From: Massilia sp.
GTDB lineage: Bacteria; Pseudomonadota; Gammaproteobacteria; Burkholderiales; Burkholderiaceae_D
Length of the DNA: 32,308 nt
Direction: 5' to 3'
Assembly: GCA_031995805.1 (NCBI GenBank)
Contig: DAMAFT010000001.1
Coordinates: 1-32,308, forward strand
The notes under the pieces are model-generated. The model saw nothing but the letters and a program-made list of their open reading frames with translations, ran no database searches and was not told the DNA's origin. Every line of letters begins with the position of its first letter. The stretch's first letter is position 1. Made by a program: the position numbers and the translations under genes. Positions 19,008-28,384 of this stretch are shown here, one piece after another.

Positions 19008-21004
19008 ACCACCCTCGCCACCCGGACCGCCAGGACGACCACGACACCGACCACCACCAGGCCGACGACGACGCCCTGCTCGAACGCGAATTGCAGCTGC
19101 GCGAGCGCGGTGTCGAACTGGTGCGCCTCGAAGGTCGCGTGTTCCTGCGCTTTTCCGGCGCCGTGCGCGTCGACGGCCTGCACGTCGACTACCGCCTGGT
19201 GCCGGCGCGCGGGGTGTTGGCGAAATCGAGCAAGTGGCGCCGCATGGACCTCGATGCGCGCCGCGCGCTGGTCGCGGAACGCGCCACGCGCGATGCCTAC
19301 GACGACCTGAACCAGGACACCGAGGAATTCGTGCGCGCCGTCGCCATTGATGCCGACGACGCCGGCTTCGACCCGATGCTGTTCCTGCACGTGCTGCAGG
19401 AGCTGGAGACGTCCGAGCCGGCCGAGTACGTGTTCGAGCGCATCCGCCAGCGCCTCGACCATGCGATCGAGCGCGAAGCCGAAGAACGCCATGCGGCGCG
19501 CACCAAGGAAAGCATCAACCTGGCCGAGTATCCGGCCTCGTTCGAGGCGGCCAGCCGGATGGCACGCCGCTTCGTCGCGCTGCTCGGCCCCACCAATTCC
19601 GGCAAGACCCACCGGGCGATGGAAGCGCTGGCGCAGGCCGGCAGCGGCGTCTATCTCGCCCCGCTGCGCCTGCTGGCGCTGGAAAACTACGAACGCCTGC
19701 AGGGCGTGGTGCGCGCCGACGGCAAGCCGCTGGCCGTGAGCCTCGTCACCGGCGAGGAACGCCGCCTGGCCGAGGACGCCACCCACGTGGCCAGCACGGT
19801 CGAGATGCTGGATACCCGCACGCCGGTCGAGGTGGCCGTCATCGACGAGATCCAGATGCTGGCCGACCGCGACCGCGGCGCCGCCTGGACCGCGGCCGTG
19901 TGCGGCGCGCCGGCATCGGTCGTCTACCTCGTCGGCGCGCCGGAAGCGCGGCGTGCGATCGAGGCGCTGGCCGAGCGCCTCGAGTGCCCGCTCGAAGTCC
20001 ACGTCCTGAAACGCAAGGCGCCGCTGTCGATGGAACCGGCGGCCGTGCGCAAGATCCGCAACCTGCGCCGCGGCGACGCCGTCATCGCGTTCTCGCGCCG
20101 CAACGTGCTGATGTGGCGCGACATGATCACCGAGATGGGGCTGACGGTGGCCACCGTCTACGGCAACCTGTCGCCGGAAGTGCGACGCGCCCAGGCCGAG
20201 CGTTTCCGCGAGGGACAGGCCGACATCGTGGTCGGCACCGACGCCATCGCGATGGGCCTGAACATGCCGATCCAGCGCATCGTGATGACGACGGCGGTGA
20301 AGTACAACGGGGTCGAGGAAGAAGAGATTTCGGCGGCGCTGGCCAGGCAGATCGCCGGGCGCGCCGGCCGCTACGGCGTGCACGAGGAGGGTTTCGTGGC
20401 CGGGTACGACGACGACACGCACGAGGTCATCCGCGCGCTGATGAAGGAAAAGATCCCGCCGGTAAAAGCGAGCGGCTTCGCGGTGGCGCCGTCGGTCGAG
20501 CAACTGCACCGGATTTCGGCGGTGACGGGCGAGACCTCGCTGGTCAAGCTCCTGAAACGCTTCGTGCACAATATCGACGTGCCGGACGGTTTTTTCTATC
20601 CCAAGATTACCGAGGAGCAGAACGAGCGCGCTGAATGGCTCGACACGCTGGACCTGAGCGTGGCCGAGAAGTTCACGCTGTCGCTGGTGCCGATCTCGAC
20701 CCGGGTGCCGGTGCTGGAAAGCGCCTGGTCGCACTGGGCGCAGTCGCTGGCCAAGCGCAAGGTCTGCAAGCTCCAGCCGCATCCGCAAGAACTGTTCTGG
20801 AAGAACCTGCAGGAAGTCGAGGACACGTGCCGCATGTATTCGGCCTATGCCTGGCTCGGCTACCGCATGCCGGAATTCTTCCCCAGCGTCGACGAGGCGC
20901 AGGCGCTGGCGCGCGAGGCGTCCGAGCGCGTCGATGCGCTCTTGCAGCAGCAGAACGCGGCGGCGCGCAAGCGCCAGTCGAAGAAGGAGCGCGGGCGCTG
21001 GTAG
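19004..21004 (+). CDS. SUV3-like SF2 RNA helicase
   Basis: GPTNSGKT, APLRLLA, DEIQ, AFSR, YGNLSPE, TDAIAMGLN, QIAGRAGR. Confidence 0.9.
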   Translation: MNHPRHPDRQDDHDTDHHQADDDALLERELQLRERGVELVRLEGRVFLRFSGAVRVDGLHVDYRLVPARGVLAKSSKWRRMDLDARRALVAERATRDAYDDLNQDTEEFVRAVAIDADDAGFDPMLFLHVLQELETSEPAEYVFERIRQRLDHAIEREAEERHAARTKESINLAEYPASFEAASRMARRFVALLGPTNSGKTHRAMEALAQAGSGVYLAPLRLLALENYERLQGVVRADGKPLAVSLVTGEERRLAEDATHVASTVEMLDTRTPVEVAVIDEIQMLADRDRGAAWTAAVCGAPASVVYLVGAPEARRAIEALAERLECPLEVHVLKRKAPLSMEPAAVRKIRNLRRGDAVIAFSRRNVLMWRDMITEMGLTVATVYGNLSPEVRRAQAERFREGQADIVVGTDAIAMGLNMPIQRIVMTTAVKYNGVEEEEISAALARQIAGRAGRYGVHEEGFVAGYDDDTHEVIRALMKEKIPPVKASGFAVAPSVEQLHRISAVTGETSLVKLLKRFVHNIDVPDGFFYPKITEEQNERAEWLDTLDLSVAEKFTLSLVPISTRVPVLESAWSHWAQSLAKRKVCKLQPHPQELFWKNLQEVEDTCRMYSAYAWLGYRMPEFFPSVDEAQALAREASERVDALLQQQNAAARKRQSKKERGRW

Positions 21005-21010
21005 GCGGAT

Positions 21011-21703
21011 TCAGCCGTTATCGCGGCGCCCCTTGGGCTCGGCCTCGATGACGCCCGGGATGCGCCGCACCCGGTCGATCATCGTGCGGAATTCGTTCTC
21101 GGACATGCGCGACAGCGCGATCAGCACGTCGTCGGTTTTGCCCGACTCGGCGTTCTGCTGGACGATGAAGGAACTGATGCGGCTGGTCAGCGGCCCCAGT
21201 TCCTGTTCCAGCACGTGCAGCGTCAGGCGGCCGCGCTCGGCGGAGATGAGCAGTTCGCGCCGCTGCCGGCTGGCGAAATAGCGCCGCTCCATCGGCTTGA
21301 TGCCGGCCAGGATGAACAGGATGATGGCGGTCGCGCCGAGCGCCGACACGTACAGCCCGCCGCCCACGGCCAGGCCGATCGCGGCGACGGTCCAGAGGCT
21401 GGCCGCCGTCGTCAGCCCGCGCACGATCTCGCCGCGCAGCAGGATCGAGCCGGCGCCGAGGAAGCCGATGCCGGACACCACTTGTGCCGCCACGCGCGAC
21501 GGATCGAGGGACACGTGCTCGTGGCCCAGCACGTCCATGAAGCCGTAGGCGGACACGATCATGAACAGGCAGGCGCCGACCGACACCAGCATGTGGGTGC
21601 GCAGGCCGGCCGCCCAGGACAGGCGCTCGCGCTCGAAGCCGATGGCGCCGCCGAGCAGGGCGGCGAGGCCGAGGCGCGCAATGAATTCGAGTTCGAGGAG
21701 CAT
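21011..21703 (-). CDS. MgtC/SapB family membrane protein
   Basis: IGFERE..AGLRTHMLV, DPSRVAAQVVSGIGFLGAG, GLTTAASLW. AAGGA RBS before MLLELEF. Confidence 0.92.
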   Translation of the reverse strand: MLLELEFIARLGLAALLGGAIGFERERLSWAAGLRTHMLVSVGACLFMIVSAYGFMDVLGHEHVSLDPSRVAAQVVSGIGFLGAGSILLRGEIVRGLTTAASLWTVAAIGLAVGGGLYVSALGATAIILFILAGIKPMERRYFASRQRRELLISAERGRLTLHVLEQELGPLTSRISSFIVQQNAESGKTDDVLIALSRMSENEFRTMIDRVRRIPGVIEAEPKGRRDNG

Positions 21704-21774
21704 GTTCTTTCCTTGATGAATCATCGAGCACGTCATCTTAGCATGCAGGAAAGAATTGCTTTAACGCCAATGGA

Positions 21775-22413
21775 TCATGGCAGGCAGTGAGAGGCAATTC
21801 CTGTCCCGCCCAGGCCCGCCAGCGGAATGCTGGACGGCGGGTGGCCGTTGCCGAGCACCATGGCGCGGCCGCCTTCGTAACGCAGGTCCAGTTGCTCACC
21901 AGAATAGCCGGGCAAGCCGCGCGGCACGTAGATCGCGAAGCGGATATCCAGTTGCGGATGGAAGCCGTGGCGGAATACCAGGGCCGGCACGCCTTCACCG
22001 ACTTCGGCGGCGATCGCGGCGGACAGCGCGGGCGTGTCGCGCTGGGTGTTCAGGTCGGTCGTGTCGTCGATGCGCAGCGTGTACGGGCGCAGCGGGCCGT
22101 AGCGCTGGCCGTCGTACTGGACGCGCAGGCGGTCGACGTCGAGGTAGGCACTGGGAATGCCGGCGCCGCTGGCGTCGACGCTGCACAGCAGGAACACGGC
22201 CCAGAAGCCTTCCGACTCCAGCGGCTGCACGGCATGCGCCGGCGCGGTGCGGTGCGGCAGCGTGACCGGGGTGGAAAAATCGATCCGGTGGACGTTCGCC
22301 ACATGCTGGTAATGCAGCACGACGGTATCGCGCAGGCTGGCGTCGACGCTGCCGCAGCCGGCCAGGGCCAGCACGCCGGGCAGCACGAGGGAATACGGGA
22401 CGAGGTGTCGCAT
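21775..22413 (-). CDS. Hypothetical lipoprotein
   Basis: AAAGGAG RBS 6 nt before ATG 22413; lipobox LALAGC. Confidence 0.7.
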   Translation of the reverse strand: MRHLVPYSLVLPGVLALAGCGSVDASLRDTVVLHYQHVANVHRIDFSTPVTLPHRTAPAHAVQPLESEGFWAVFLLCSVDASGAGIPSAYLDVDRLRVQYDGQRYGPLRPYTLRIDDTTDLNTQRDTPALSAAIAAEVGEGVPALVFRHGFHPQLDIRFAIYVPRGLPGYSGEQLDLRYEGGRAMVLGNGHPPSSIPLAGLGGTGIASHCLP

Positions 22414-22511
22414 GGCCATCTCCTTTGCCGGAGCAAGTGTGGAACAGCGCTAGCGGGCGCGTCAAGCTTGGGCCAAGCGGAACTGCAGGGTTTGCGGGAG
22501 ATCAGAGGTCA

Positions 22512-22557
22512 GGGGTCAGAGCCCGGTGTTGCTTTTAAAGGGCTCTGACCCCGGTGT
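22512..22557. repeat. REP/MITE-like palindromic element, copy 1
   Basis: GGGGTCAGAGCCC-N15-GGGCTCTGACCCC-ggtgt. Near-identical to the reverse complement of 31217-31263. Confidence 0.8.
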
Positions 22558-22589
22558 CACACGGAGCCGGCCGGAGCCGCCCGAAGCCG

Positions 22590-23108
22590 CTACGTGGAAC
22601 TCAGCGATTTCTGCAGCAAGGCATGCAATTGCCCGAAATCCGGTTCGCCCAGGTAGCGCTTGAGGATCTTGCCGTCCTTGCCGATGACGAAGGTGGTCGG
22701 CGTCATGGCGACGTCGCCGAACTGCTTCGCCAGGTCGCCGCCCGAGTCGAGCGCCACCTTGAACGGCAGCTTGCGCGTCTCGGTGTAGTTCAGGACGTAG
22801 TTGGGCGGATCGTAGCTCATCGCCACGGCGACGAATTCCAGGCCCTGGCCCTTGAACTTGTTGTAGGTCTCGACCATCTGCGGCATTTCCTTCACGCAGG
22901 TGGCGCAGGACGTGGCCCAGAAATTCACCATCACGACCTTGCCGCGCAGGTCCTGCGAGCTGATCTTCTGGCCGTCGATGCCGATGAAGGTGACGTCGGG
23001 GGCGTGCTGCTGGCTGCTGAAGGTGGCGAAGCCGATGCCGGCGATCGCGAGGACGGCGGCGCCGATGGCCGCCGGCTTGATCCAGGTACGCTTGGTGGAA
23101 GAGGTCAT
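22590..23108 (-). CDS. TlpA/ResA-family thioredoxin-like protein
   Basis: N-terminal membrane anchor; GKVVMVNFWATSCATCVKEMP; cis-Pro TPTTFVI. Confidence 0.9.
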   Translation of the reverse strand: MTSSTKRTWIKPAAIGAAVLAIAGIGFATFSSQQHAPDVTFIGIDGQKISSQDLRGKVVMVNFWATSCATCVKEMPQMVETYNKFKGQGLEFVAVAMSYDPPNYVLNYTETRKLPFKVALDSGGDLAKQFGDVAMTPTTFVIGKDGKILKRYLGEPDFGQLHALLQKSLSST

Positions 23109-23173
23109 GATGTCAACGCATGCTCGATTGGCGACGAGGCATTATATGCCCGTCGCCATTTCCTTGCCCGCGG

Positions 23174-23821
23174 TCAGCGCTGCGGCTGGGCCTGCGCCTG
23201 CTGCGGTTGCATCGCGCGCAGGTCTTCTTCGCTGATGTATTCGAAGATCTTGACGACGCGCATCACGCCGGACACGCCCTTCGCCACGTCGGCCGCGATA
23301 TTGCCTTCGCGCTGGGTCACCAGGCCCATCAGGTAGACATTGCCGCGCTCGGTCACGACCTTGAAGGAATTGGCCGAGATGGTCTGCTTGTCGGCCAGGC
23401 TGAGCTTGACCTTGCTGGTGATCAGGGTGTCGCTCGAACGCGAGGTATAGCTCGACGGGCCGGCGATTTCCAGTTCGTTGATCACGTTCTCGACGTTGGA
23501 AATGCCGCGCACGCGGTTCTCGACGGCGCGTTTCATCGCCTCGTCGCGCACTTCGCCGGTCAGCAGCACCTTGCGGTTGTAGCTGTTGACGTTGACGTGG
23601 CCGAGGTCGCCGGTGATCTCGTTCATGCCGGCTTCGGCCTTCACCGCGATCGCCTTGTCTTCCGTCTGCGCGCCCAGCGTACGGCGGTCGGCCGTCGCGA
23701 CGGCGCCGCCCACGGCGGCGCCCGCCACCACGGCGATGCAGCCGCTCAGCGAGGACAGCAGTGCCACGCACAGCACGGCCTTGGACAGGGGGCGCAGCAG
23801 GGTGCCGGCTTCAATTCGCAT
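23174..23821 (-). CDS. dolP: Dual BON-domain lipoprotein (YraP/DolP)
   Basis: Lipobox [15 protein letters not shown], two BON domains. Lies in the yraN-gmhA/diaA-yraP cluster. Confidence 0.85.
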   Translation of the reverse strand: MRIEAGTLLRPLSKAVLCVALLSSLSGCIAVVAGAAVGGAVATADRRTLGAQTEDKAIAVKAEAGMNEITGDLGHVNVNSYNRKVLLTGEVRDEAMKRAVENRVRGISNVENVINELEIAGPSSYTSRSSDTLITSKVKLSLADKQTISANSFKVVTERGNVYLMGLVTQREGNIAADVAKGVSGVMRVVKIFEYISEEDLRAMQPQQAQAQPQR

Positions 23822-24407
23822 CGTCTTCTCCGAACAGGGCGACGTCGAGGCCGTCGCAAATACTATGGATCGCTACCAGGTGCACTTCCTGGATGCGTGC
23901 GGTACGCGCGTGCGGCACGTTGATGTGGACGTCGGCGTCGGTCAGCATCCGGCCCAGCTTGCCGCCATCCTTGCCGGTCATGGCGACGACGCGCATCTCG
24001 CGCTCGAGCGCCGCCTCGACGGCGGCGACGACGTTGCCGGAATTGCCGGACGTCGAGATCGCCAGCAGGATGTCGCCGGCCTGGCCGAAGGCCTGGACCT
24101 GCTTGCTGAAGATTTCGTTGAAACTGTAGTCGTTGCCGACCGCCGTGATGATCGAGGTGTCGGTGGTCAGGGCGATGCCCGGCAGCGGGAAGCGCTCGCG
24201 CTCGAAGCGGCCGACCAGTTCGGCGGCGAAGTGCTGGGCGTCGCCGGCCGAGCCGCCGTTGCCGCAGGCCAGGACTTTATTGCCGTTGGAAAGCGCATTG
24301 AACATCAGTTCGATGGCTTGGGAAATCGGTTGTGCCAGGAGCGGCGCCGCCTTCATTTTCAGTTCGGCGCTTTCCTGGAAGTGGGCGAGGATGCGTTGAG
24401 TATTCAT
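23811..24407 (-). CDS. gmhA: Phosphoheptose isomerase (SIS domain; GmhA/DiaA family)
   Basis: [39 protein letters not shown]. Retains GmhA-type Glu/His residues. Confidence 0.85.
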   Translation of the reverse strand: MNTQRILAHFQESAELKMKAAPLLAQPISQAIELMFNALSNGNKVLACGNGGSAGDAQHFAAELVGRFERERFPLPGIALTTDTSIITAVGNDYSFNEIFSKQVQAFGQAGDILLAISTSGNSGNVVAAVEAALEREMRVVAMTGKDGGKLGRMLTDADVHINVPHARTARIQEVHLVAIHSICDGLDVALFGEDDAN

Positions 24408-24463
24408 GGTCGAAGATTATAGTGCAGTGCCCATAGACGACGAGCAACTGCGGTAAAAAATGC

Positions 24464-24823
24464 TTACACTTCAATGGCATTCCTTAACCACTCGACATGG
24501 TTGCCGTCGATCGCGACGACGTCGATGCGGCACGGCGGCGTGTGCGCGTAGCGCTGCAGGTAAGTCATCGCGGCGCGCACGATGCGGCGGATTTTCGCCG
24601 GGCCGATGCTGGCGGCGGCGCTGACCTGGGCCCCGGCCGCACGCTGGCGCACCTCGACGAACACGAGCGTGTCGCCGTCGCGCAGGATCAAGTCGATCTC
24701 GCCCAGCTTGCATCGGAAATTTGCTTCTATCAAGACGAGACCGTGGCGCCGAAGATACGCCAGCGCCGCTTCTTCCCATTGTCGACCCTGTTCCTGCTTG
24801 CGCGACAGGCGGGTCGGCCACAT
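24464..24823 (-). CDS. yraN: YraN (UPF0102) family protein
   Basis: GEIDLILRDGDTLVFVEVRQR, CRIDVVAI. Confidence 0.9.
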   Translation of the reverse strand: MWPTRLSRKQEQGRQWEEAALAYLRRHGLVLIEANFRCKLGEIDLILRDGDTLVFVEVRQRAAGAQVSAAASIGPAKIRRIVRAAMTYLQRYAHTPPCRIDVVAIDGNHVEWLRNAIEV

Positions 24824-24824
24824 G

Positions 24825-26216
24825 TCAGCCGCCGTTGCCGGGCGGGCGGAAATCGCCGTCGCGGTAGATCGCGGCGGCCTCGCTGCGTTGCAGGCCGGCG
24901 CCGTCGGTGCTCAGGCGGCCGGTGACGCCGTCGATGGCGATGGGGGCGTCCGGACGCAGGGATACCTCGCGCGCCACGCGGAAGGCGTCGATGCCGAGCG
25001 CGTACAGGCGGCTCATGTACAGCGGCCGGGCGCTCTCGTCGGGACGCGGGTAGGCCATCACGGCGCCATTGTCCGGCTGCACCAGCCAGGGGATGTCGAC
25101 CACGCGCACGCCGTTCAGTTCCGGCGCGCCCATGCCGGGCGTGCGCCCGGGATTGATCGAGGAACCGCCGTAGCAGGGAATCGTGGTGCAGGCCTGGGCG
25201 CCGTCGTGGGCGGCCAGCTGGCGCAGCTCGACGACGTCGAGCGCGGCGAACAGCAGGTCGGGCGGATCGATTTCCAGGCGGTCGCGCAGCGCATCGATGG
25301 TCGACGGCTCGACGCGGCCGTCGGCGGATGGTACCGCGAAGCGCTGGCTGGTGCGGCCCAGCGCGTTCCAGCGCGCCTCGAACGCGCCCGACGAACGCTG
25401 GGACCAGGTCGAGTTGCCCACCAGGATCAGCGCGCGGCCCTGCGGGTGCTCGCGCGCGGCCCACTCGGCTACCTGCGCCGCCTCGTCCTCGAGCGACAGC
25501 CCGGCCACCAGGATGCCCGGCGGAATGGCGCCGCGCTGTTCCGGATGGTTCAGGGCGATGGTCGGCTTGCTCACGACGCCGCCGTTGACCAGGGCGGTGA
25601 CGGCGGGCCGGGCCAGCGGGCCGACGACGATGTCGTGGCTGGCGGCCGCGCGCGCATAGGCGGCCAGCGTGTCCTCGGGCGAATCGCCGGTCGGTACCAG
25701 TTCGACCTGGAAGCCGCTGCCGTCGCGTTCGGCACCGGCCATGAAGCCGGCGCGCACGGCATCGGCCGCCCCGGCCAGCGACGGCGAATCCATCGGCAGC
25801 AGCAGGGCGATGCGGGTGACGCCGCCCGCCGGGGCGGCGCCGCTGCCGGCCGGTAAGGCGGATGCCGACGGCGTGTCCGGCGCGGTTGCCGGCGCCGGGG
25901 GCGGCGCGGAACCATCGCGGTCGAACAGCTGGACCGGCGCGGTGCGCAAGGTATCGGCCGGGTCGGGCTGCGGCGCGGCCGGCCGTGCCGGGGCGGCCGG
26001 CACGGGTACGGGCGCGGGCACGGCGCGCGCGCCCCGCGCCGGGATCTCGTCCACGCGCGGCGCGCCGCTTGTATAAACCTGGCCCGGCGGGCACACTCTC
26101 GGGTCGGGGTCGACACAGATCGAGCTGCAACCGGTTAATATCGATAGCCCCAGCACCGACAGCGGCAGAAGCGCGGTCGCCACGATGGCCCGCGTCTTGA
26201 GAATTTTTATCAGCAT
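24825..26216 (-). CDS. lpoA: Penicillin-binding protein activator LpoA/LppC-like lipoprotein
   Basis: Lipobox LTGC, Pro/Ala linker, IALLLP, IVVGPL, RLYALGIDA, GVTGRL. Divergent from rsmI. Confidence 0.82.
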   Translation of the reverse strand: MLIKILKTRAIVATALLPLSVLGLSILTGCSSICVDPDPRVCPPGQVYTSGAPRVDEIPARGARAVPAPVPVPAAPARPAAPQPDPADTLRTAPVQLFDRDGSAPPPAPATAPDTPSASALPAGSGAAPAGGVTRIALLLPMDSPSLAGAADAVRAGFMAGAERDGSGFQVELVPTGDSPEDTLAAYARAAASHDIVVGPLARPAVTALVNGGVVSKPTIALNHPEQRGAIPPGILVAGLSLEDEAAQVAEWAAREHPQGRALILVGNSTWSQRSSGAFEARWNALGRTSQRFAVPSADGRVEPSTIDALRDRLEIDPPDLLFAALDVVELRQLAAHDGAQACTTIPCYGGSSINPGRTPGMGAPELNGVRVVDIPWLVQPDNGAVMAYPRPDESARPLYMSRLYALGIDAFRVAREVSLRPDAPIAIDGVTGRLSTDGAGLQRSEAAAIYRDGDFRPPGNGG

Positions 26217-26227
26217 CCTATCCCTAC

Positions 26228-27133
26228 ATGACAGTTATCCAGTCCAGCCAGATCGCCCAACTTCCCGTCATGGGCGAGGCTGCCCAGCAGTCCTATCCTA
26301 CCGCAACGCTGTACGTGGTGGCTACACCCATCGGCAATGTCACCGACATCACGCTGCGCGCATTGCACCTGCTGGCGCTGGCCGACGTGGTCGCCTGCGA
26401 GGACACGCGCAAGACCGGCGCGCTGCTGGCGCGCTTCGGCCTGTCGAAGCAGATGCTGGCGGCGCACCAGCACAATGAGCGCGAAGTCGCGGAGAAATTG
26501 ATCGAACGCTTGCGCCACGGCGAGCGCGTGGCGCTGGTGTCGGATGCCGGCACGCCGGCGGTGTCGGACCCGGGCGCGCGCATCGTCGACGCCGTGCGCG
26601 CCGCCGGCCTGAACGTGGTGCCGCTGCCGGGCGCGTCGGCGGCCATCGCGGCGATCTCGGCCAGCGGCCTCGTCAACGACCGCTTCCACTTCGTCGGCTT
26701 CCTGCCGGCCAGGGCGAAGCAGCGCGAAACGGAACTGGCCGCGCTCAAGCCGCTGGCGGCGACGCTGGTCATCTACGAGGCGCCGCACCGCATCGTCGAT
26801 TGCGTCGAGGCGCTGGCGGCCGTGTTCGAACCGGCGCGCCAGGTCGTGTTCGCGCGCGAGCTGACCAAGCTGTTCGAGGAAATCCACCGCTGCCCGCTGG
26901 GCGAGGCGCTGGCCTGGGTGAAGGCCGACGCCAACCGCGAGCGCGGCGAGTTCGTGGTGCTGGTCGAGGGGGCGGCGCCCGACCTGGATGCCGGCGACGC
27001 CGAGGCGTTGCGCATCCTCGACATCCTGCTGGCAGAATGTTCCGTGAAGCAGGCGGCGAGCCTGGCGGCGCAGATCACGGGGCGCAAGAAGAACGCCCTG
27101 TACGACCTGGCGCTGCAGCGCAAGGGAGAATGA
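26228..27133 (+). CDS. rsmI: 16S rRNA C1402 2'-O-methyltransferase (alternative start 26270)
   Basis: LYVVATPIGN, CEDTR, VSDAGTPAVSDPG, YEAPHR, RELTKLFEE, RGEFVV. Confidence 0.95.
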   Translation: MTVIQSSQIAQLPVMGEAAQQSYPTATLYVVATPIGNVTDITLRALHLLALADVVACEDTRKTGALLARFGLSKQMLAAHQHNEREVAEKLIERLRHGERVALVSDAGTPAVSDPGARIVDAVRAAGLNVVPLPGASAAIAAISASGLVNDRFHFVGFLPARAKQRETELAALKPLAATLVIYEAPHRIVDCVEALAAVFEPARQVVFARELTKLFEEIHRCPLGEALAWVKADANRERGEFVVLVEGAAPDLDAGDAEALRILDILLAECSVKQAASLAAQITGRKKNALYDLALQRKGE

Positions 27134-27134
27134 G

Positions 27135-27707
27135 TCAGGCGGCCCGGCGGCGCAGCGCGCCGACGCGCAGCCACAGCGCCGACACCAGGAAATAGAAGGC
27201 GCCGACGCCCGCATAGCCGGCGACGTTGGCGATCGAGGGCACCGCCGGCATGCGTGCCTGGGCGATGAAGAAGGCGCCCGCCAGCGCCGATTGCGCGCCG
27301 CTGAGGATCATCGCCCATTGCGCGCCGGACGTCTTCCAGCGGCGCAGCGCGGTGCCGAGCTGCAGCAGGCCGGACAGGATCGCCCAGGCGCCGAACACGC
27401 CGAGCACCAGGTGCATGTCGCGCAGCGCCAGCAGCACGGCGAGCGTGGTCGCCAGGCTGACGCCGGTGTTCACGGCCTGGGTCCGGTTGGCGCGCAGGCC
27501 GCCGCTGCGCTGCGCATCGACGAGATTGGCGACCGCGTCCCAGGCCGGATAAGCCACCAGCAGCAGCGCGGCGATGGCGGACGCGTGCCGTCCCACCGAC
27601 AGGGCCAGCGCGACCCAGGCGATCGAAAAGGCGGCGCGGGAAGCGTAGTACAGCATCAGCCAGCGTTCCTGGACTGCGCCAGCGGGGGTGGCATGCGATT
27701 GGGTCAT
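27135..27707 (-). CDS. Integral membrane protein (DUF308/HdeD-like)
   Basis: AAGGAG RBS before MTQSHA. About 6 hydrophobic segments; YPAWDA, FGAWAILSGLLQL, QWAMILSGAQS. Confidence 0.8.
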   Translation of the reverse strand: MTQSHATPAGAVQERWLMLYYASRAAFSIAWVALALSVGRHASAIAALLLVAYPAWDAVANLVDAQRSGGLRANRTQAVNTGVSLATTLAVLLALRDMHLVLGVFGAWAILSGLLQLGTALRRWKTSGAQWAMILSGAQSALAGAFFIAQARMPAVPSIANVAGYAGVGAFYFLVSALWLRVGALRRRAA

Positions 27708-27729
27708 GGTGTTCTCCTTCGGTTGTCTG

Positions 27730-27745
27730 CCTACTAGTTGGTAGG
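27730..27745. promoter_or_regulatory. TetR operator, copy 1
   Basis: CCTACTAGTTGGTAGG next to a minus-strand TTGACC -35 (27752-27757). Confidence 0.65.
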
Positions 27746-27755
27746 TAATGGGGTC

Positions 27756-27778
27756 AAGAAAAAGCCCCGCGCAGGGGC
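27756..27778 (-). terminator. Intrinsic terminator after the TetR gene
   Basis: Minus strand GCCCC-tgcgc-GGGGC followed by TTTTTCTT. Confidence 0.6.
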
Positions 27779-27793
27779 ATCGTGCGAATGCTG

Positions 27794-28378
27794 TTACTGC
27801 TGTGCCGGCAGCCGCTGCAGCAGCGGCGCCAGGATCATGCCGAATATCGCCGGGTCGCCATAGGCGCGGGCCGACAGCATGGCGCCGTGGACGGTGGCCA
27901 TGAACGCTTCCGCCTCCACCCGCGCCGTGCCGGCCAGCATGAGCGTGCCCTGGCGCGCGCCGCGCTCGAGCACCGAGGCCAGCCACGCCGCCAGGAAACG
28001 GAAGTGGGCGCGCACCTCGAGCGCGACTTCCGACGGCAGCAGCGGCAGTTCGCTGCCCAGCATCGCGCACACGCAGTACGGCAGGCTGCCGTCGGCCAGG
28101 CAGGTTTCCCAGTAGCCGACGTAGGCCTGCAACTGGGCGAGCGGTTCCGGCACGCTGCGCTCGAGTTGCGCGATGCCCGCCTCGACTTCTTCGCGGTAGC
28201 GCACGACGAGGGTGCGCACGAGATCCGCCTTGGCGGGAAAGTGGTGGTGGATGCTGGCCTTGCGGATCCCGACGGCGTCGGCGATGTCGGCATAGCTGAA
28301 GCCGTTATAGCCGCCGGCGGCGACCAGCATGCGCGCGTGCGCCAGGATGGCATCGGAAGTCGGGGATGATGTCTTCAT
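27794..28378 (-). CDS. TetR/AcrR family regulator (NemR/ComR-like)
   Basis: GYNGFSYADIADAVGIRKASIHHHFPAKADL HTH; YCVCAML. Confidence 0.92.
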   Translation of the reverse strand: MKTSSPTSDAILAHARMLVAAGGYNGFSYADIADAVGIRKASIHHHFPAKADLVRTLVVRYREEVEAGIAQLERSVPEPLAQLQAYVGYWETCLADGSLPYCVCAMLGSELPLLPSEVALEVRAHFRFLAAWLASVLERGARQGTLMLAGTARVEAEAFMATVHGAMLSARAYGDPAIFGMILAPLLQRLPAQQ

Positions 28379-28384
28379 GTCGCC

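Noticed and set aside
19004..21004. Helicase as part of an anti-phage defence system
   Set aside because: No nuclease, methylase or other defence partner is nearby, and codon usage looks native.
22512..22557. CRISPR repeat or integron attC site
   Set aside because: There are only two copies, 8.7 kb apart and in opposite orientation, with no spacers, cas genes or integrase.
23811..24407. diaA assignment based on yraN-yraP synteny
   Set aside because: The sequence keeps GmhA-type residues ([20 protein letters not shown]), so gmhA is preferred.
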